DNA from: Thermodesulfobacteriota bacterium
GTDB taxonomy: Bacteria > Desulfobacterota > GWC2-55-46
DNA length: 64,000 nucleotides
Direction of reading: 5' to 3'
Assembly (NCBI GenBank): GCA_046757705.1
Contig: JBHHYT010000001.1
Coordinates: 237 to 64,236 of the forward strand
The stretch's first letter is position 1, and each line of letters begins with the position of its first letter. Made by a program: the position numbers and the translations under genes. A model generated the notes under the pieces. The model made no database searches. It was given only the letters and a program-made list of their open reading frames with translations, and was not told the origin of the DNA. Shown here piece by piece: positions 18,020-27,449 of this stretch.

Positions 18020-19063
18020 ATGCCGTGGACGAAGATATACAGCGATAAGACGGAGTTCGAGAGGGCAAACAAGGCCGACCCGGGGCTTCGCGGCCTGACG
18101 TACAGGGCGGCGCTGCTCGAGGCCACCTCCCAGCTCCTCGAGACCGACGACAGGGTATTCGTCATCGGCGAGGGAGTGGACGACTCCGGTGGGGTCTTCG
18201 GCACCACCCTCGGCCTGCACGCCCGGTTCGGCAAAGAGCGCGTGATGGACAGCCCGCTGGCGGAGAACGGCATAACCGGCATCGCCGTGGGCGCGGCCGT
18301 GGCCGGGATGCGCCCCATACTCGTCCACATGAGGGTCGATTTTCTCCCCCTCTCCCTCGACCAGATAATGAACCACGCCGCCAAGTGGCATTACATGTTC
18401 GGCGGCAAGCTGAACGCCCCCATCACCATAAGGTCGATCATCGGCAGGGGATGGGGGTCGGCGGCGCAGCACTCGCAGAGCCTCGCCGCGCTCTTTACGA
18501 ACATACCGGGCCTGAAGGTCGTGATGCCCGCCACGCCCTACGACGCCAAGGGCCTGCTGGCCGCAAGCGTCAGGGACGGCAACCCCGTCATCTTCATCGA
18601 GCACAGGTGGCTCTACGAGCACATGGGGCACGTGCCGCAGGAGCTTTACACCGTGCCCATCGGCAAGGGTGTCGTAAGGCGCAAGGGCGGGGACGCCACC
18701 ATAGTGGCCATCTCGCAGATGGTGCCGGAGTCGGTGCAGGCGGCCTGCGCCCTTGCCGAGGACGGCATGGATTGCGAGGTCATCGACCCGAGGACGATAA
18801 AACCGCTCGACATGGAGCTGATAAAGGAGTCGGTAGCGAAGACCGGGCGGCTCGTCGTGGCGGATACCGGATGGAAGGACGGGGGCCCCGGCGCAGAGAT
18901 AATAGCGCGCATCACCGAAGAGGCCTTCGGCTCGCTCAAGTCCGCCCCCGTACGCATAAACCTGCCCGAGGCCCCCACGCCCGCAAGCCCGGTGCTCGAG
19001 AAGGCATACTACCCGGGCAAGGAAGAGATAATCTCAGCCGTCAGGAAGATGGTGGGCCGATAG
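18020..19063 (+). CDS. ThDP-dependent dehydrogenase E1 component, beta subunit (transketolase-like Pyr and C-terminal domains)
   Basis: 347 aa. VFVIGEGV...GGVFG...ENGITGIAVGAAVAGMRP pattern of E1-beta. 13 nt after the alpha subunit. Confidence 0.8.
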   Translation: MPWTKIYSDKTEFERANKADPGLRGLTYRAALLEATSQLLETDDRVFVIGEGVDDSGGVFGTTLGLHARFGKERVMDSPLAENGITGIAVGAAVAGMRPILVHMRVDFLPLSLDQIMNHAAKWHYMFGGKLNAPITIRSIIGRGWGSAAQHSQSLAALFTNIPGLKVVMPATPYDAKGLLAASVRDGNPVIFIEHRWLYEHMGHVPQELYTVPIGKGVVRRKGGDATIVAISQMVPESVQAACALAEDGMDCEVIDPRTIKPLDMELIKESVAKTGRLVVADTGWKDGGPGAEIIARITEEAFGSLKSAPVRINLPEAPTPASPVLEKAYYPGKEEIISAVRKMVGR

Positions 19064-19141
19064 GCGCCGCACCTGAAGAGGGCCTGAACTCCGGGGCCGT
19101 CCTTACCCTGAACCTGAACTAAACTAAAACCACGGACCTTT

Positions 19142-19942
19142 ATGGCGAAGAAGAGCGCCCCCGGCAGGCCGCGCAGGGCCGCCGGAGGCAAAAAACCGAG
19201 CATCTCCATTATCGTCCCCTGCCTGAACGAGGAGGGCAACCTCAGGGGTACGGTCGCCTGCATAAAAGAGGCGCTCGAGGCCACCGGACGCTTCAGCTCC
19301 CACGAGATCCTCATCTTCGACGACTGCAGCACCGACGGTACCGGCAGGCTGGCCGATGAGATAAGCAAGGAGGAACGCGGGGTAAAGGTCATACACAACC
19401 CGAAGAACATGGGCTTCGGATACAACTATAGCGAGGGCGTCAGGCTGGCCACCAAGGACTACATCATCATGGTGCCCGGAGACAACGAGATACCCGCCGG
19501 GGCGATAAGCACCGTCTTCGCCCTTACCGGCACGGCGGACTGCGTCATCCCGTATACCGCCAACACCTCGGTGCGGCCCCCGTCCCGCAGGGCCATCTCA
19601 TGGCTCTTCGTAACGCTCATGAACGCGGCCTTCGGCCTGAGGCTCAGGTACTATAACGGGACGTGCGTGATAAAGAGCTCGCTTCTCAAGAAGGTGCCGC
19701 TCAAGACCTGGGGGTTCGCCTACATGGCGGCCATACTCGTGCGCCTCATACGCTCCGGGGCGAGCTACACGGAGACCGGGGTCAATATCCGCTCCCGCGA
19801 TTCCGGCAAGACGAAGGCCTTTACCGTAAAGAACATCTTCAGCGTCGTAAGCGCCCTGGCCACCCTCTTCTGGGAGGTCAGGATAAGGGACAGGGCGCTC
19901 TACAGCGCCGGGGCGCGCAGGGTCGAGGCCGGGACGCGCTGA
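19142..19942 (+). CDS. Family 2 glycosyltransferase (polyprenyl-phosphate glycosyltransferase-like)
   Basis: 266 aa. ISIIVPCLNEEGNL...IFDDCSTDGT...MVPGDNE. GT-A DxD fold with basic N-terminal tail. Confidence 0.75.
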   Translation: MAKKSAPGRPRRAAGGKKPSISIIVPCLNEEGNLRGTVACIKEALEATGRFSSHEILIFDDCSTDGTGRLADEISKEERGVKVIHNPKNMGFGYNYSEGVRLATKDYIIMVPGDNEIPAGAISTVFALTGTADCVIPYTANTSVRPPSRRAISWLFVTLMNAAFGLRLRYYNGTCVIKSSLLKKVPLKTWGFAYMAAILVRLIRSGASYTETGVNIRSRDSGKTKAFTVKNIFSVVSALATLFWEVRIRDRALYSAGARRVEAGTR

Positions 19943-20000
19943 GCGCGAGATTCCCCCCTCACCCCGGCATCGTGGATGAAGGAGAAGATGCCGCTACGGT

Positions 20001-21527
20001 ATGCGGTATACACAAGAGAATGAAATGTATGGAGTCAACGTATTGAAGATACTTTTCGTAATAAAGGACGTGGAGTACATCGACCCGATGGGCATAATGC
20101 TCCTCTCCGCCCTGGCCAAGGAGAAGGGGCATGTCACGAGCGCCGCGGTGCTCGCCGAGAGGAACCTCTCTACCCGCATAAGGGCGTTCAAGCCTGACGT
20201 CGTGGCGTTCAGCGCCAAGACCGGCGAGCACAAGTACTACATCGCCGCAAACGACACGGTAAAGTCGATCGATGAGAAGATATTCACCATCATGGGCGGC
20301 CCGCACCCGACCTTCTTCCCGGACATAATAGAGAAGCACCCCTTCGACGCCCTGTGCGTCGGCGAGGGCGACGACGCGTGGCCGGAGCTGCTCGACGCGC
20401 TCGAAGCCAGGAAGGGCATCGACTCCATCCCGAACATCGTTACCCGGAAGAACTTCAAGAAGGGCTCCCCGCCAGAGATCCGCATGCGCAGGAGGGAGCT
20501 CGACGACCTGCCGTTCCTCGACCGCGACCTCTTCTACAAGACCACGCGCCTGGGAAGGTTCCCTATGCGCAGCTTCATGGTGGGCCGGGGCTGCCCGTAC
20601 AAGTGCACCTACTGCTTCAACCACAAGTACAACATGCTGTACAAGGGCAAGGGCGGACTGATGTCCCGGATGAGCGTCGGCAGGCTGATAGCGGAGATAA
20701 AGGACCTGCAGGGCCGGTACGAGACGCAGTTCATAAAGTTCTACGACGACATATTCGTAATGAAGGACGACGAGTGGCTCACGGAGTTCTCCGAGAGGTA
20801 CCCGCGCGAGGTGGGCGTACCCTTCCACTGCCTGATGCGCGCGAACCTCCTGACCGAACCCGTCCTCCTGAAGCTCAAGGCCGCCGGGCTCGCGTCACTG
20901 AGCATGTCGATAGAGAGCGGCAACGACAAGATACGCAACGACGTATTGAAGCGCAATATGAGCAAGGAGACGATGACGGCGGCCTTCGACCTGTGCGTGA
21001 AGCACAACATACCGACCTTCTCCAATACCATATTCGCCGTGCCCGGCTCCACGCTGGCCGATGACATCGAATCGCTCGACCTCAACCTGCGGTGCAAGGT
21101 CGCCCTCGGGGAGTTCCCTCTCTTCTTCCCGTACCCCGCCACCGAGCTTGCAAGGTACGCCATAGAGCGGGGTGACTTCGACGGCGACTATGACAGGCTG
21201 CACATGAGCTACCAGTCGGTCTCGCCCTTGAAGTGCTTCTCGGCGCGCGAAAAACTCCTCCAGAGGAACCTCTCGCTCCTCTCGACCGTCTGCCTCTGGA
21301 AGCCGTCCTTGCGCAACCTCATCGTCAACCACCTGATAAAGCTCCCCCTGCCGAGGACGTACTTTCTCATGTACTACCTCGTCAAGGCGTATCTCGTGAA
21401 GACGAAGATATACCCTATGCGCTTCTCGTTCGTGGACACGGTAAAGGGCATATACGAAAGCTTCGTCCTCGAGAACTTCAAGCACTCGGAGGAGATGTTC
21501 AAGGACAGGAGGGTAAGGAAGCGATGA
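20001..21527 (+). CDS. B12-binding-domain radical SAM enzyme (class B; probable C-methyltransferase or related)
   Basis: N-terminal cobalamin-binding-like domain (ILFVIKDVEYIDPMGIMLLSALAKEKGH...VVAFSAKTGEH). GRGCPYKCTYC radical SAM motif. Alternative start at ATG 20025. Confidence 0.75.
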   Translation: MRYTQENEMYGVNVLKILFVIKDVEYIDPMGIMLLSALAKEKGHVTSAAVLAERNLSTRIRAFKPDVVAFSAKTGEHKYYIAANDTVKSIDEKIFTIMGGPHPTFFPDIIEKHPFDALCVGEGDDAWPELLDALEARKGIDSIPNIVTRKNFKKGSPPEIRMRRRELDDLPFLDRDLFYKTTRLGRFPMRSFMVGRGCPYKCTYCFNHKYNMLYKGKGGLMSRMSVGRLIAEIKDLQGRYETQFIKFYDDIFVMKDDEWLTEFSERYPREVGVPFHCLMRANLLTEPVLLKLKAAGLASLSMSIESGNDKIRNDVLKRNMSKETMTAAFDLCVKHNIPTFSNTIFAVPGSTLADDIESLDLNLRCKVALGEFPLFFPYPATELARYAIERGDFDGDYDRLHMSYQSVSPLKCFSAREKLLQRNLSLLSTVCLWKPSLRNLIVNHLIKLPLPRTYFLMYYLVKAYLVKTKIYPMRFSFVDTVKGIYESFVLENFKHSEEMFKDRRVRKR

Positions 21528-22012
21528 GGCCGAGGGACCACGTGATATACGGCGGGGCGGCGGCGGCCGCGCTGTACCCGGTGCTCGGCTCGGGCTCGCT
21601 CGTGTTCTGGGGCGCGAGCGTGCTCATCGACGTAGACCATTACATCGACTTTGTTTATCACAACGGCCTGAAGGACCTGAGCTTCATGAGGATGCTGGAG
21701 TACCACGCGGTGCTCAGGAGGTGGTGGAGGAGGCCCGAGTTCCTCAACATCGAGGTCTTCCACACCGTCGAGGCCATCGCCCCCTTGGCGCTGCTTTCGT
21801 GGTGGAGCGGTTCGCCGCCCCTTGAGGCGGCCACCCTCGGCATGCTCTTCCACATCGTGCTCGACACCTCCTCGCTCGTCCTCTCGGGGGTGCCGTTCAT
21901 AAGGGCCCACTCGGTCGTCGAGTACATTATCAGAAAACGCCTGCTCGCCAGACGCGGCCTCGACCCGGCTGCGCTGTGCAAGGAGGCGATACGGGTGATG
22001 AACAACAGGTGA
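21524..22012 (+). CDS. Small His-rich integral membrane protein (possible membrane-bound metal-dependent hydrolase, YdjM/DUF457-like)
   Basis: 162 aa from ATG 21524 (GGGTAAGGAAG Shine-Dalgarno, ATGA overlap with upstream stop). Motifs IDVDHYIDF, VFHTVE, LFHIVLD. Track ORF 21233.. is an upstream out-of-gene extension. Confidence 0.35.
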   Translation: MRPRDHVIYGGAAAAALYPVLGSGSLVFWGASVLIDVDHYIDFVYHNGLKDLSFMRMLEYHAVLRRWWRRPEFLNIEVFHTVEAIAPLALLSWWSGSPPLEAATLGMLFHIVLDTSSLVLSGVPFIRAHSVVEYIIRKRLLARRGLDPAALCKEAIRVMNNR

Positions 22013-22128
22013 CGTTTTTTTTGGTTCTCCCCGGTGCGCGTTTTGGCTTATAATGGCATGGACTCCGGGGCTTGAAGGCTTGCGCCCCCCCGGGGTGCCT
22101 AATAACAACGACGGAGGTTGTCCTGTCA

Positions 22129-23031
22129 ATGGCTGCTGAAAAGGTACTTATCATAAAACTCGGATATTCGGAGACGCTCGTCGGGGAGATAAGCCGGAAG
22201 ACGAGCCTCGGGGACGTACTGCGGAGCACGGTGCTTCTGAACCACTACAGGGACGCCCGCGTCACGTGGCTCGTCGACGAGAAGGCCATCGCGCTTCTGA
22301 AGGGCAACCCCCACATAGAGCGGATAATGCCGTATGACCTTACCTCCGTCCTCCAGCTCAAGGCCGAGCGCTTCGACACGGTAATAAACCTCGAGAAGGT
22401 CGCCGGCATATGCGCCTTCGCGGACTCCCTTACGGCGTGGCGCAGGTACGGCTTCCGCTTCGACCCGGACACCGGCACGGCTCTTGCCTACGACGGCTCC
22501 GAGCACGTCCTCGACCTCTGCCTGAGCCAGGAGGACAAGCTGGCGAACAAGAAGTACTGGGAGGACTTCCTCTTCGAGATGGTCGGAGGCAAGTGGAACG
22601 GGGAGGTGCCGGTCATCGGCTACAAGCCCAGGTCGAAGGAGGTCTTCGACATCGGTTTCAACCACAACGTCGGGGAGTACTGGAAGGAGCTCGAGGCGCT
22701 GATAGGCGGCAGGCACACCATCTCATGGCAGAAGGGGCTCAAATCCATCGAGGAGTACATCGAGTGGATAAACTCGTGCAGGCTCCTCGTGACCAACGAC
22801 AGCCTCGGGCTGCACATAGCGCACGCGCTGGACAAGAAGATAGTCTCGCTCTTCGGCCCCACCCTCTCGAGCGAGGTCTATGTAAAGGACGGGGTGAAGC
22901 TGCTGCCCGAGGGCGAGTACGACTGCATGCCGTGCCTCTCCACCGAGTGTGTAAAGGAACGCCCCTGCATGTACGACATAAAGCCCGGGCGCGTGCTCGC
23001 GGAGATAGAAAAACTTCTTTCGGAGAAATAG
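22129..23031 (+). CDS. Family 9 glycosyltransferase (heptosyltransferase-like, RfaC/RfaF family)
   Basis: VLIIKLGYSETLVGEISRKTSLGDVLRSTVLLNHYRDARVTWLV N-terminal pattern. C-terminal LLVTNDSLGLHIAHALDKKIVSLFGPT (GT9 hallmark). Start ATG 22129 with ACGGAGG Shine-Dalgarno. Confidence 0.7.
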   Translation: MAAEKVLIIKLGYSETLVGEISRKTSLGDVLRSTVLLNHYRDARVTWLVDEKAIALLKGNPHIERIMPYDLTSVLQLKAERFDTVINLEKVAGICAFADSLTAWRRYGFRFDPDTGTALAYDGSEHVLDLCLSQEDKLANKKYWEDFLFEMVGGKWNGEVPVIGYKPRSKEVFDIGFNHNVGEYWKELEALIGGRHTISWQKGLKSIEEYIEWINSCRLLVTNDSLGLHIAHALDKKIVSLFGPTLSSEVYVKDGVKLLPEGEYDCMPCLSTECVKERPCMYDIKPGRVLAEIEKLLSEK

Positions 23032-23033
23032 TT

Positions 23034-23945
23034 ATGAGCGGAAGCGGTACAGATACGGCCATGAGCCCGGTGGTCATACCGGAGCATTACAACTACGTGG
23101 CGGCGTTCCTGACGCTCGCCTGCAACCTCAAGTGCAGCTACTGCATAAACCGCTTCGGCGAGGACGGCTTCATAAAAAAGCGCCTCTCAGGCGAGCAATG
23201 GGTGGCGGGGCTCAACAGGATAGTATCCCGGCCGGACCTGCCCCTGACCCTTCAGGGCGGCGAGCCGAGTCTGCACAAGGACTTCATCTACATACTCAAC
23301 AACCTGAAGCCGGAGCTGAATATCGACATCCTCACAAACCTGCAGTTCGACGCCGACGAGTTCATCGCCAGGGTCGACCCCGACAGGATAAAGAGGGACG
23401 CCCCGTACGCATCGATACGCGTAAGCTACCACCCCTCGGAGATGGAGCTCGAGCCGCTTGCGCAGAAGGTATTGAAGCTGCAGAACGCCGGCTTCAGCAT
23501 CGGCATCTGGGCCGTGCTCCACCCCTCTCAGGAGAAGATAGTCCGCGCGGCGCAGGAGCACTGCAAGGGCCTGGGCATAGACTTCCGCTTCAAGGAGTTC
23601 CTCGGCGAGCACGAGGGGAGGATGTACGGCACCTACAAGTACGAGGGGGCGTGCGACCAGAGGTTCGAGAAGACTGTGCTATGCAAGACGACGGAGCTCA
23701 TCATGGGAAGCGACGGCAGCGTCTACAGGTGCCACAGCGACCTGTACGAAGGCAGGGAGCCCGTTGGTAACATCATCGACCCGGCCTTCGAGCTCGAGGA
23801 CATATACCGCGTCTGCGACGTCTACGGCCACTGCAACCCGTGCGACATAAAGGTGAAGACCAACAGGTTCCAGCAGTTCGGACACACCTCGGTGGACATA
23901 AAGCAAGCGCCGGGAGGGGAGAAGATAAAGGTCAATTCCTTTTAA
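23034..23945 (+). CDS. Radical SAM enzyme with C-terminal auxiliary Cys cluster (SPASM/twitch-like)
   Basis: 303 aa from ATG 23034. CNLKCSYC and LQGGEPSL. C-terminal CDQ...CKTT...RCHSD...CDVYGHCNPCD cysteine array. Confidence 0.7.
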   Translation: MSGSGTDTAMSPVVIPEHYNYVAAFLTLACNLKCSYCINRFGEDGFIKKRLSGEQWVAGLNRIVSRPDLPLTLQGGEPSLHKDFIYILNNLKPELNIDILTNLQFDADEFIARVDPDRIKRDAPYASIRVSYHPSEMELEPLAQKVLKLQNAGFSIGIWAVLHPSQEKIVRAAQEHCKGLGIDFRFKEFLGEHEGRMYGTYKYEGACDQRFEKTVLCKTTELIMGSDGSVYRCHSDLYEGREPVGNIIDPAFELEDIYRVCDVYGHCNPCDIKVKTNRFQQFGHTSVDIKQAPGGEKIKVNSF

Positions 23946-25590
23946 ACCGCACTATCGCCGTGCCGTCCCTCTCGTTCGAGAGCACGGTGAAGCGCCCTTC
24001 GTTGCCGAGTATCACCGGCGCCACGTACTCGCCCGCCTCTCTGTAGCACCCGTCAAGCAGTATGTAACTCACCTTCATGTCATCCATGAAACCGAGCATG
24101 GCGGCCCCGTCCGCCGTGTACGGGAACCTTACGGCAAATCCGCCGGTGATGAGCGAGACCAGCTCCGGCTTCCGGGTCATGATGACGTCCGCGGGGCCGG
24201 TCATGGCCTTGAGCCTCTCGGCGGCGCTCAGGTAGTTCCCGTAGCAGGGCACGGACTTGGCGAAGTAACCGGCGCCGAGGGCATCCGGCGCGGGCTCGGC
24301 GCTGACGGCCGCGAGGCGCGCTGGCATGGTGCCCGCCACGCGCAGGAACCTGCCCGCTGCGCGGGGGGTGAGGACGTCCCTTATCTCGAAGAGGTTAAGC
24401 GCCGCGAGCACGACGAAGGCCGCCAGGACAGCGCCGGCAAGGCCGCGGCCCGGGGCCCTTGCCCCGGCGCGCCCGATGGAGGACAGGAGCCTTACGCCGG
24501 CAAGGAAGTACCAGTAGATGAACGGGAGCACGGGCACGACGTACCTGCGCGCGTCACCGGAGCCGTAGACCGGCCAGACCGAGAGGAGGCCGAAGTAGAA
24601 GAACATGTAGAACTCCCTTACCGACCTCTTCCTCCACGCCTCGGAGACGAAGCCCACGAACGCCGGGACGAAGAAGATAAAGGTCAGCACGGAGAGGACG
24701 GGCCCGCGCGCGGCGTCCTTGGCCTCGGAAGAGCTGAATATGGTCCTGGCCACCGCGCCGTAGTAATAGAGGATGTTCTTCGCGAAACGGCCGGCCAGCG
24801 GGCCCGCCGCGAGCCCCCCGGAGTCCCTTGCGTAGTAGTCGGCCTGCATGAATATCGACTGGTAGGTAGCCACCCCGTGCGAGTAGATGCTGCCCCTTAT
24901 CGACCAGGCGGCGAAAGGCAATATGGCGAGCGCGCCGAAGAGGATGAGCTTTTTGCCCCATGCCGCCTTCTCCCCGCGCCCGGAGACGGCGCCGTAAAGG
25001 AGCGCGGCGGCCATGGCCGCCCAGAGCGTAATACCTATCATCCTCATCATGTAGGCGGCCGCCGTAAGCGCCGAGACCACTACGAGCAGGCGCGCGCTGA
25101 GGCCGCGCCTCTCGTACCTCCCGAACCAATGGAGCGCGAGCAGGGAGAGGAAGGCGTACGGCACCTCCGTCATTATCTCCTTGACGAAGAAGAGGAAGTA
25201 GAAGTTCGTGCCGACAAGGAACGCGAGCGCGAGCGCCATGCCCTGCCCGGCCTCCTCCTCGAAGTATGACTTGACCATCCAGACCGTGGCCACGCCGAAG
25301 CCCGCCACGACAAGCTGCATCCACGTGAAGTTGAAGCCGAAGAGGTAGAAGAACGGAGCGAGCAGGAGAGGCAACAGCGGCGGGTACTGCGTGTGCGCAG
25401 GGGCGCCCGGGACGTTTATGTCGGCGAAGCCGTGGCCCGTGGCTATCGACTTGGCGAGCATCACGTAGCTGATCCCGTCGCCTCCCCTTATGCCGGAGAG
25501 CATCCCGTTGATGAGCTGGACAAAGATGAAGACGCACAACGCCAGCACCGCGAGCAGGATGATGTCAGGTTTTTTTTTGAAGAATTCCAT
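23932..25590 (-). CDS. GT-C fold membrane glycosyltransferase, ArnT/PMT_2-like (GT39/GT83-type)
   Basis: 552 aa, about 11-13 TM. N-terminal loop GGDGISYVMLAKSIATGHGFADINVPGAPAHTQYPPLLPLLLAPFFYLFG matches the ArnT/PMT_2 pattern (D..Y...A..G.W....KPPL). 3' end overlaps the convergent radical SAM gene by 14 nt. Confidence 0.65.
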   Translation of the reverse strand: MEFFKKKPDIILLAVLALCVFIFVQLINGMLSGIRGGDGISYVMLAKSIATGHGFADINVPGAPAHTQYPPLLPLLLAPFFYLFGFNFTWMQLVVAGFGVATVWMVKSYFEEEAGQGMALALAFLVGTNFYFLFFVKEIMTEVPYAFLSLLALHWFGRYERRGLSARLLVVVSALTAAAYMMRMIGITLWAAMAAALLYGAVSGRGEKAAWGKKLILFGALAILPFAAWSIRGSIYSHGVATYQSIFMQADYYARDSGGLAAGPLAGRFAKNILYYYGAVARTIFSSSEAKDAARGPVLSVLTFIFFVPAFVGFVSEAWRKRSVREFYMFFYFGLLSVWPVYGSGDARRYVVPVLPFIYWYFLAGVRLLSSIGRAGARAPGRGLAGAVLAAFVVLAALNLFEIRDVLTPRAAGRFLRVAGTMPARLAAVSAEPAPDALGAGYFAKSVPCYGNYLSAAERLKAMTGPADVIMTRKPELVSLITGGFAVRFPYTADGAAMLGFMDDMKVSYILLDGCYREAGEYVAPVILGNEGRFTVLSNERDGTAIVRFKRN

Positions 25591-25610
25591 TGGTTTCAGG
25601 CGCCGCCTTT

Positions 25611-27347
25611 TTACACACCCGGCCTGCCGGCCCGTTTCCTCATCTCTTCTATACGCTCGATAGCGCGGAGCGCGTGCGCGTCCTGCGCGTCGAGCTTGAG
25701 CAGCTCTTTGAGCTCACCCTCCGCCTCGTCGAGAAGCCCGCGGCTCAAGTATAGCACGCCGAGGTTGTACCGGGCCTCTTTATTGCCCGGCTCGATCTCT
25801 ACGATCTCGCGCGTCTCTCTCGTGGCGTCCTCGTACGCCCCCCTGCCCACGTAGTACGCCGCCAGAGTCCTTCTTATGTAGACGGACGACGGGTTGAGCG
25901 CCTTGGCCGCGGTAAACTCCTTGAGCGCCTCGGCGTACATCCCGCGCTCGTAGTACTCTATGCCGAGGTACATGTGAGTGCTCGTTGAGTACGGGTTCTT
26001 CGCTACCTCCGAGGCGTAGAGCTCAAGCCTGTCGTTCCACAGGCCGTTGGCCCTGTACGTGGCCGCCGAGAACGGGAGCACCGGCACGACGAAGAGCAGG
26101 ACGGCTACCGTAGCCGGGGAGATGGACAGGGCGCGCCTCTTGAACACCTCACGTCCGTAGAAGACGGCCGAGACGAAGGTAAGCGCCATGCCGATGGACG
26201 GCAGGTACATCCTGCGCTCGTTGAACGGGTCCTTTATCGGTATCACCGATGACTCCACCGAGAGGGTTACGAAGAACCAGACGAGCCCCAGAGAAGCGAG
26301 AAGCCCCCACCGGTTGCGCGCGCGCACGGAGCGCACGAGGAGGTACGCGGTAAAGAGGATAAGCGCCGCGAGCGCCACCGAAGAGGCTACGACGGCCGGG
26401 TCGAAAAATCTATCCGTGACAGGAAAGTGGTAAAGGAAACCCCCGTGGACAGGGTAGAAGAGGAGCCTTATATAGGTGACCACCACCCACGTCTCGGTCA
26501 GGAGGTACCCGAGCCTCGATATGCCTCCAGCCTCTTCGAGCTTATGCGCCCTCATAAGCTCCTCGACGCCGCTGCCGCTGCCCATTACGCCAAGCTCCGG
26601 CAGGATGAGGCCGAGTGGGATTATAAGCGCGGCGATGAAGAACGGGGCGAGGTAGAGGGCTCGCCTGGACGCCTTGGTGCCCTCACCACTGCCGAAGAGC
26701 ACCGCTTCGAAGGCGAGCATCACGAACGGTATCGTAAAGCTTATCTCCTTGGTCTTCATGGCAAGGACCGTAGAGGCGAGAGAGGCCGCGTACAGGACGG
26801 CGTGGAGGCGCCGTTGCTTGCCGCCTTTTTCATGGAGCAAGCGCGCCTTCATGAAGCAGAGCACGGCGGCGAGGTAGAAGAGAGCCGCCAGTGAGGCGTA
26901 CCTCTGGCTTATGTAGGTGACGGCCTGCACCTGCATGGGATGGACGAGGAAGATGGCCGAGACCGCGAAGGCCGCCGACAGGGGCACGGCAGCGTCGGTG
27001 CCCGTGGACGCGGCGAAGGGGCGCGAGAGGGCGGGCGCATCGAAGAGCGCAAGGACGAGAAAGAAGACTAGCACAGAGTTGGATATGTGGATGGCTATGT
27101 TTACGAGGTGGTAGCCGAAGGTGTGCAGACCGTTGACGGAATAGTTGAGCGCGAACGAGAGGTCCCCCACGTACCTCATCCCCGCGGGCACGAGGAAGTT
27201 GCCAAGCGACTTCACCCAGTCGTTCTCGACGATAAACAGCCTGTCGTCGAATACGAACGGGCCTGAGAAGGCGTTCGAGTAGACCAGAAGCCCGGCGGCA
27301 ACGAGCACGAGCGGGAGGCATATGCGTGAGTAAGACGGTCTGTCCAT
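25611..27347 (-). CDS. TMTC-like membrane protein: DUF1736-type polytopic N-domain + C-terminal TPR repeats (putative GT-C glycosyltransferase)
   Basis: About 579 aa from ATG 27347. FSGPFVFDD motif in first loop. Multiple TM helices. C-terminal TPR array (YLGIEYYERGMYAEALKEF..., YNLGVLYLSRGLLDEAEGEL). Confidence 0.55.
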   Translation of the reverse strand: MDRPSYSRICLPLVLVAAGLLVYSNAFSGPFVFDDRLFIVENDWVKSLGNFLVPAGMRYVGDLSFALNYSVNGLHTFGYHLVNIAIHISNSVLVFFLVLALFDAPALSRPFAASTGTDAAVPLSAAFAVSAIFLVHPMQVQAVTYISQRYASLAALFYLAAVLCFMKARLLHEKGGKQRRLHAVLYAASLASTVLAMKTKEISFTIPFVMLAFEAVLFGSGEGTKASRRALYLAPFFIAALIIPLGLILPELGVMGSGSGVEELMRAHKLEEAGGISRLGYLLTETWVVVTYIRLLFYPVHGGFLYHFPVTDRFFDPAVVASSVALAALILFTAYLLVRSVRARNRWGLLASLGLVWFFVTLSVESSVIPIKDPFNERRMYLPSIGMALTFVSAVFYGREVFKRRALSISPATVAVLLFVVPVLPFSAATYRANGLWNDRLELYASEVAKNPYSTSTHMYLGIEYYERGMYAEALKEFTAAKALNPSSVYIRRTLAAYYVGRGAYEDATRETREIVEIEPGNKEARYNLGVLYLSRGLLDEAEGELKELLKLDAQDAHALRAIERIEEMRKRAGRPGV

Positions 27348-27449
27348 ATCTGGCGTATTATATAACAGCGGTGTGCCGGAGTTGAAATAAAAAAAGAGGA
27401 GGGGCTTTGCGGCCCCTCCTCTTCTCATGTCTTCGTCAGCTCACCCGCA

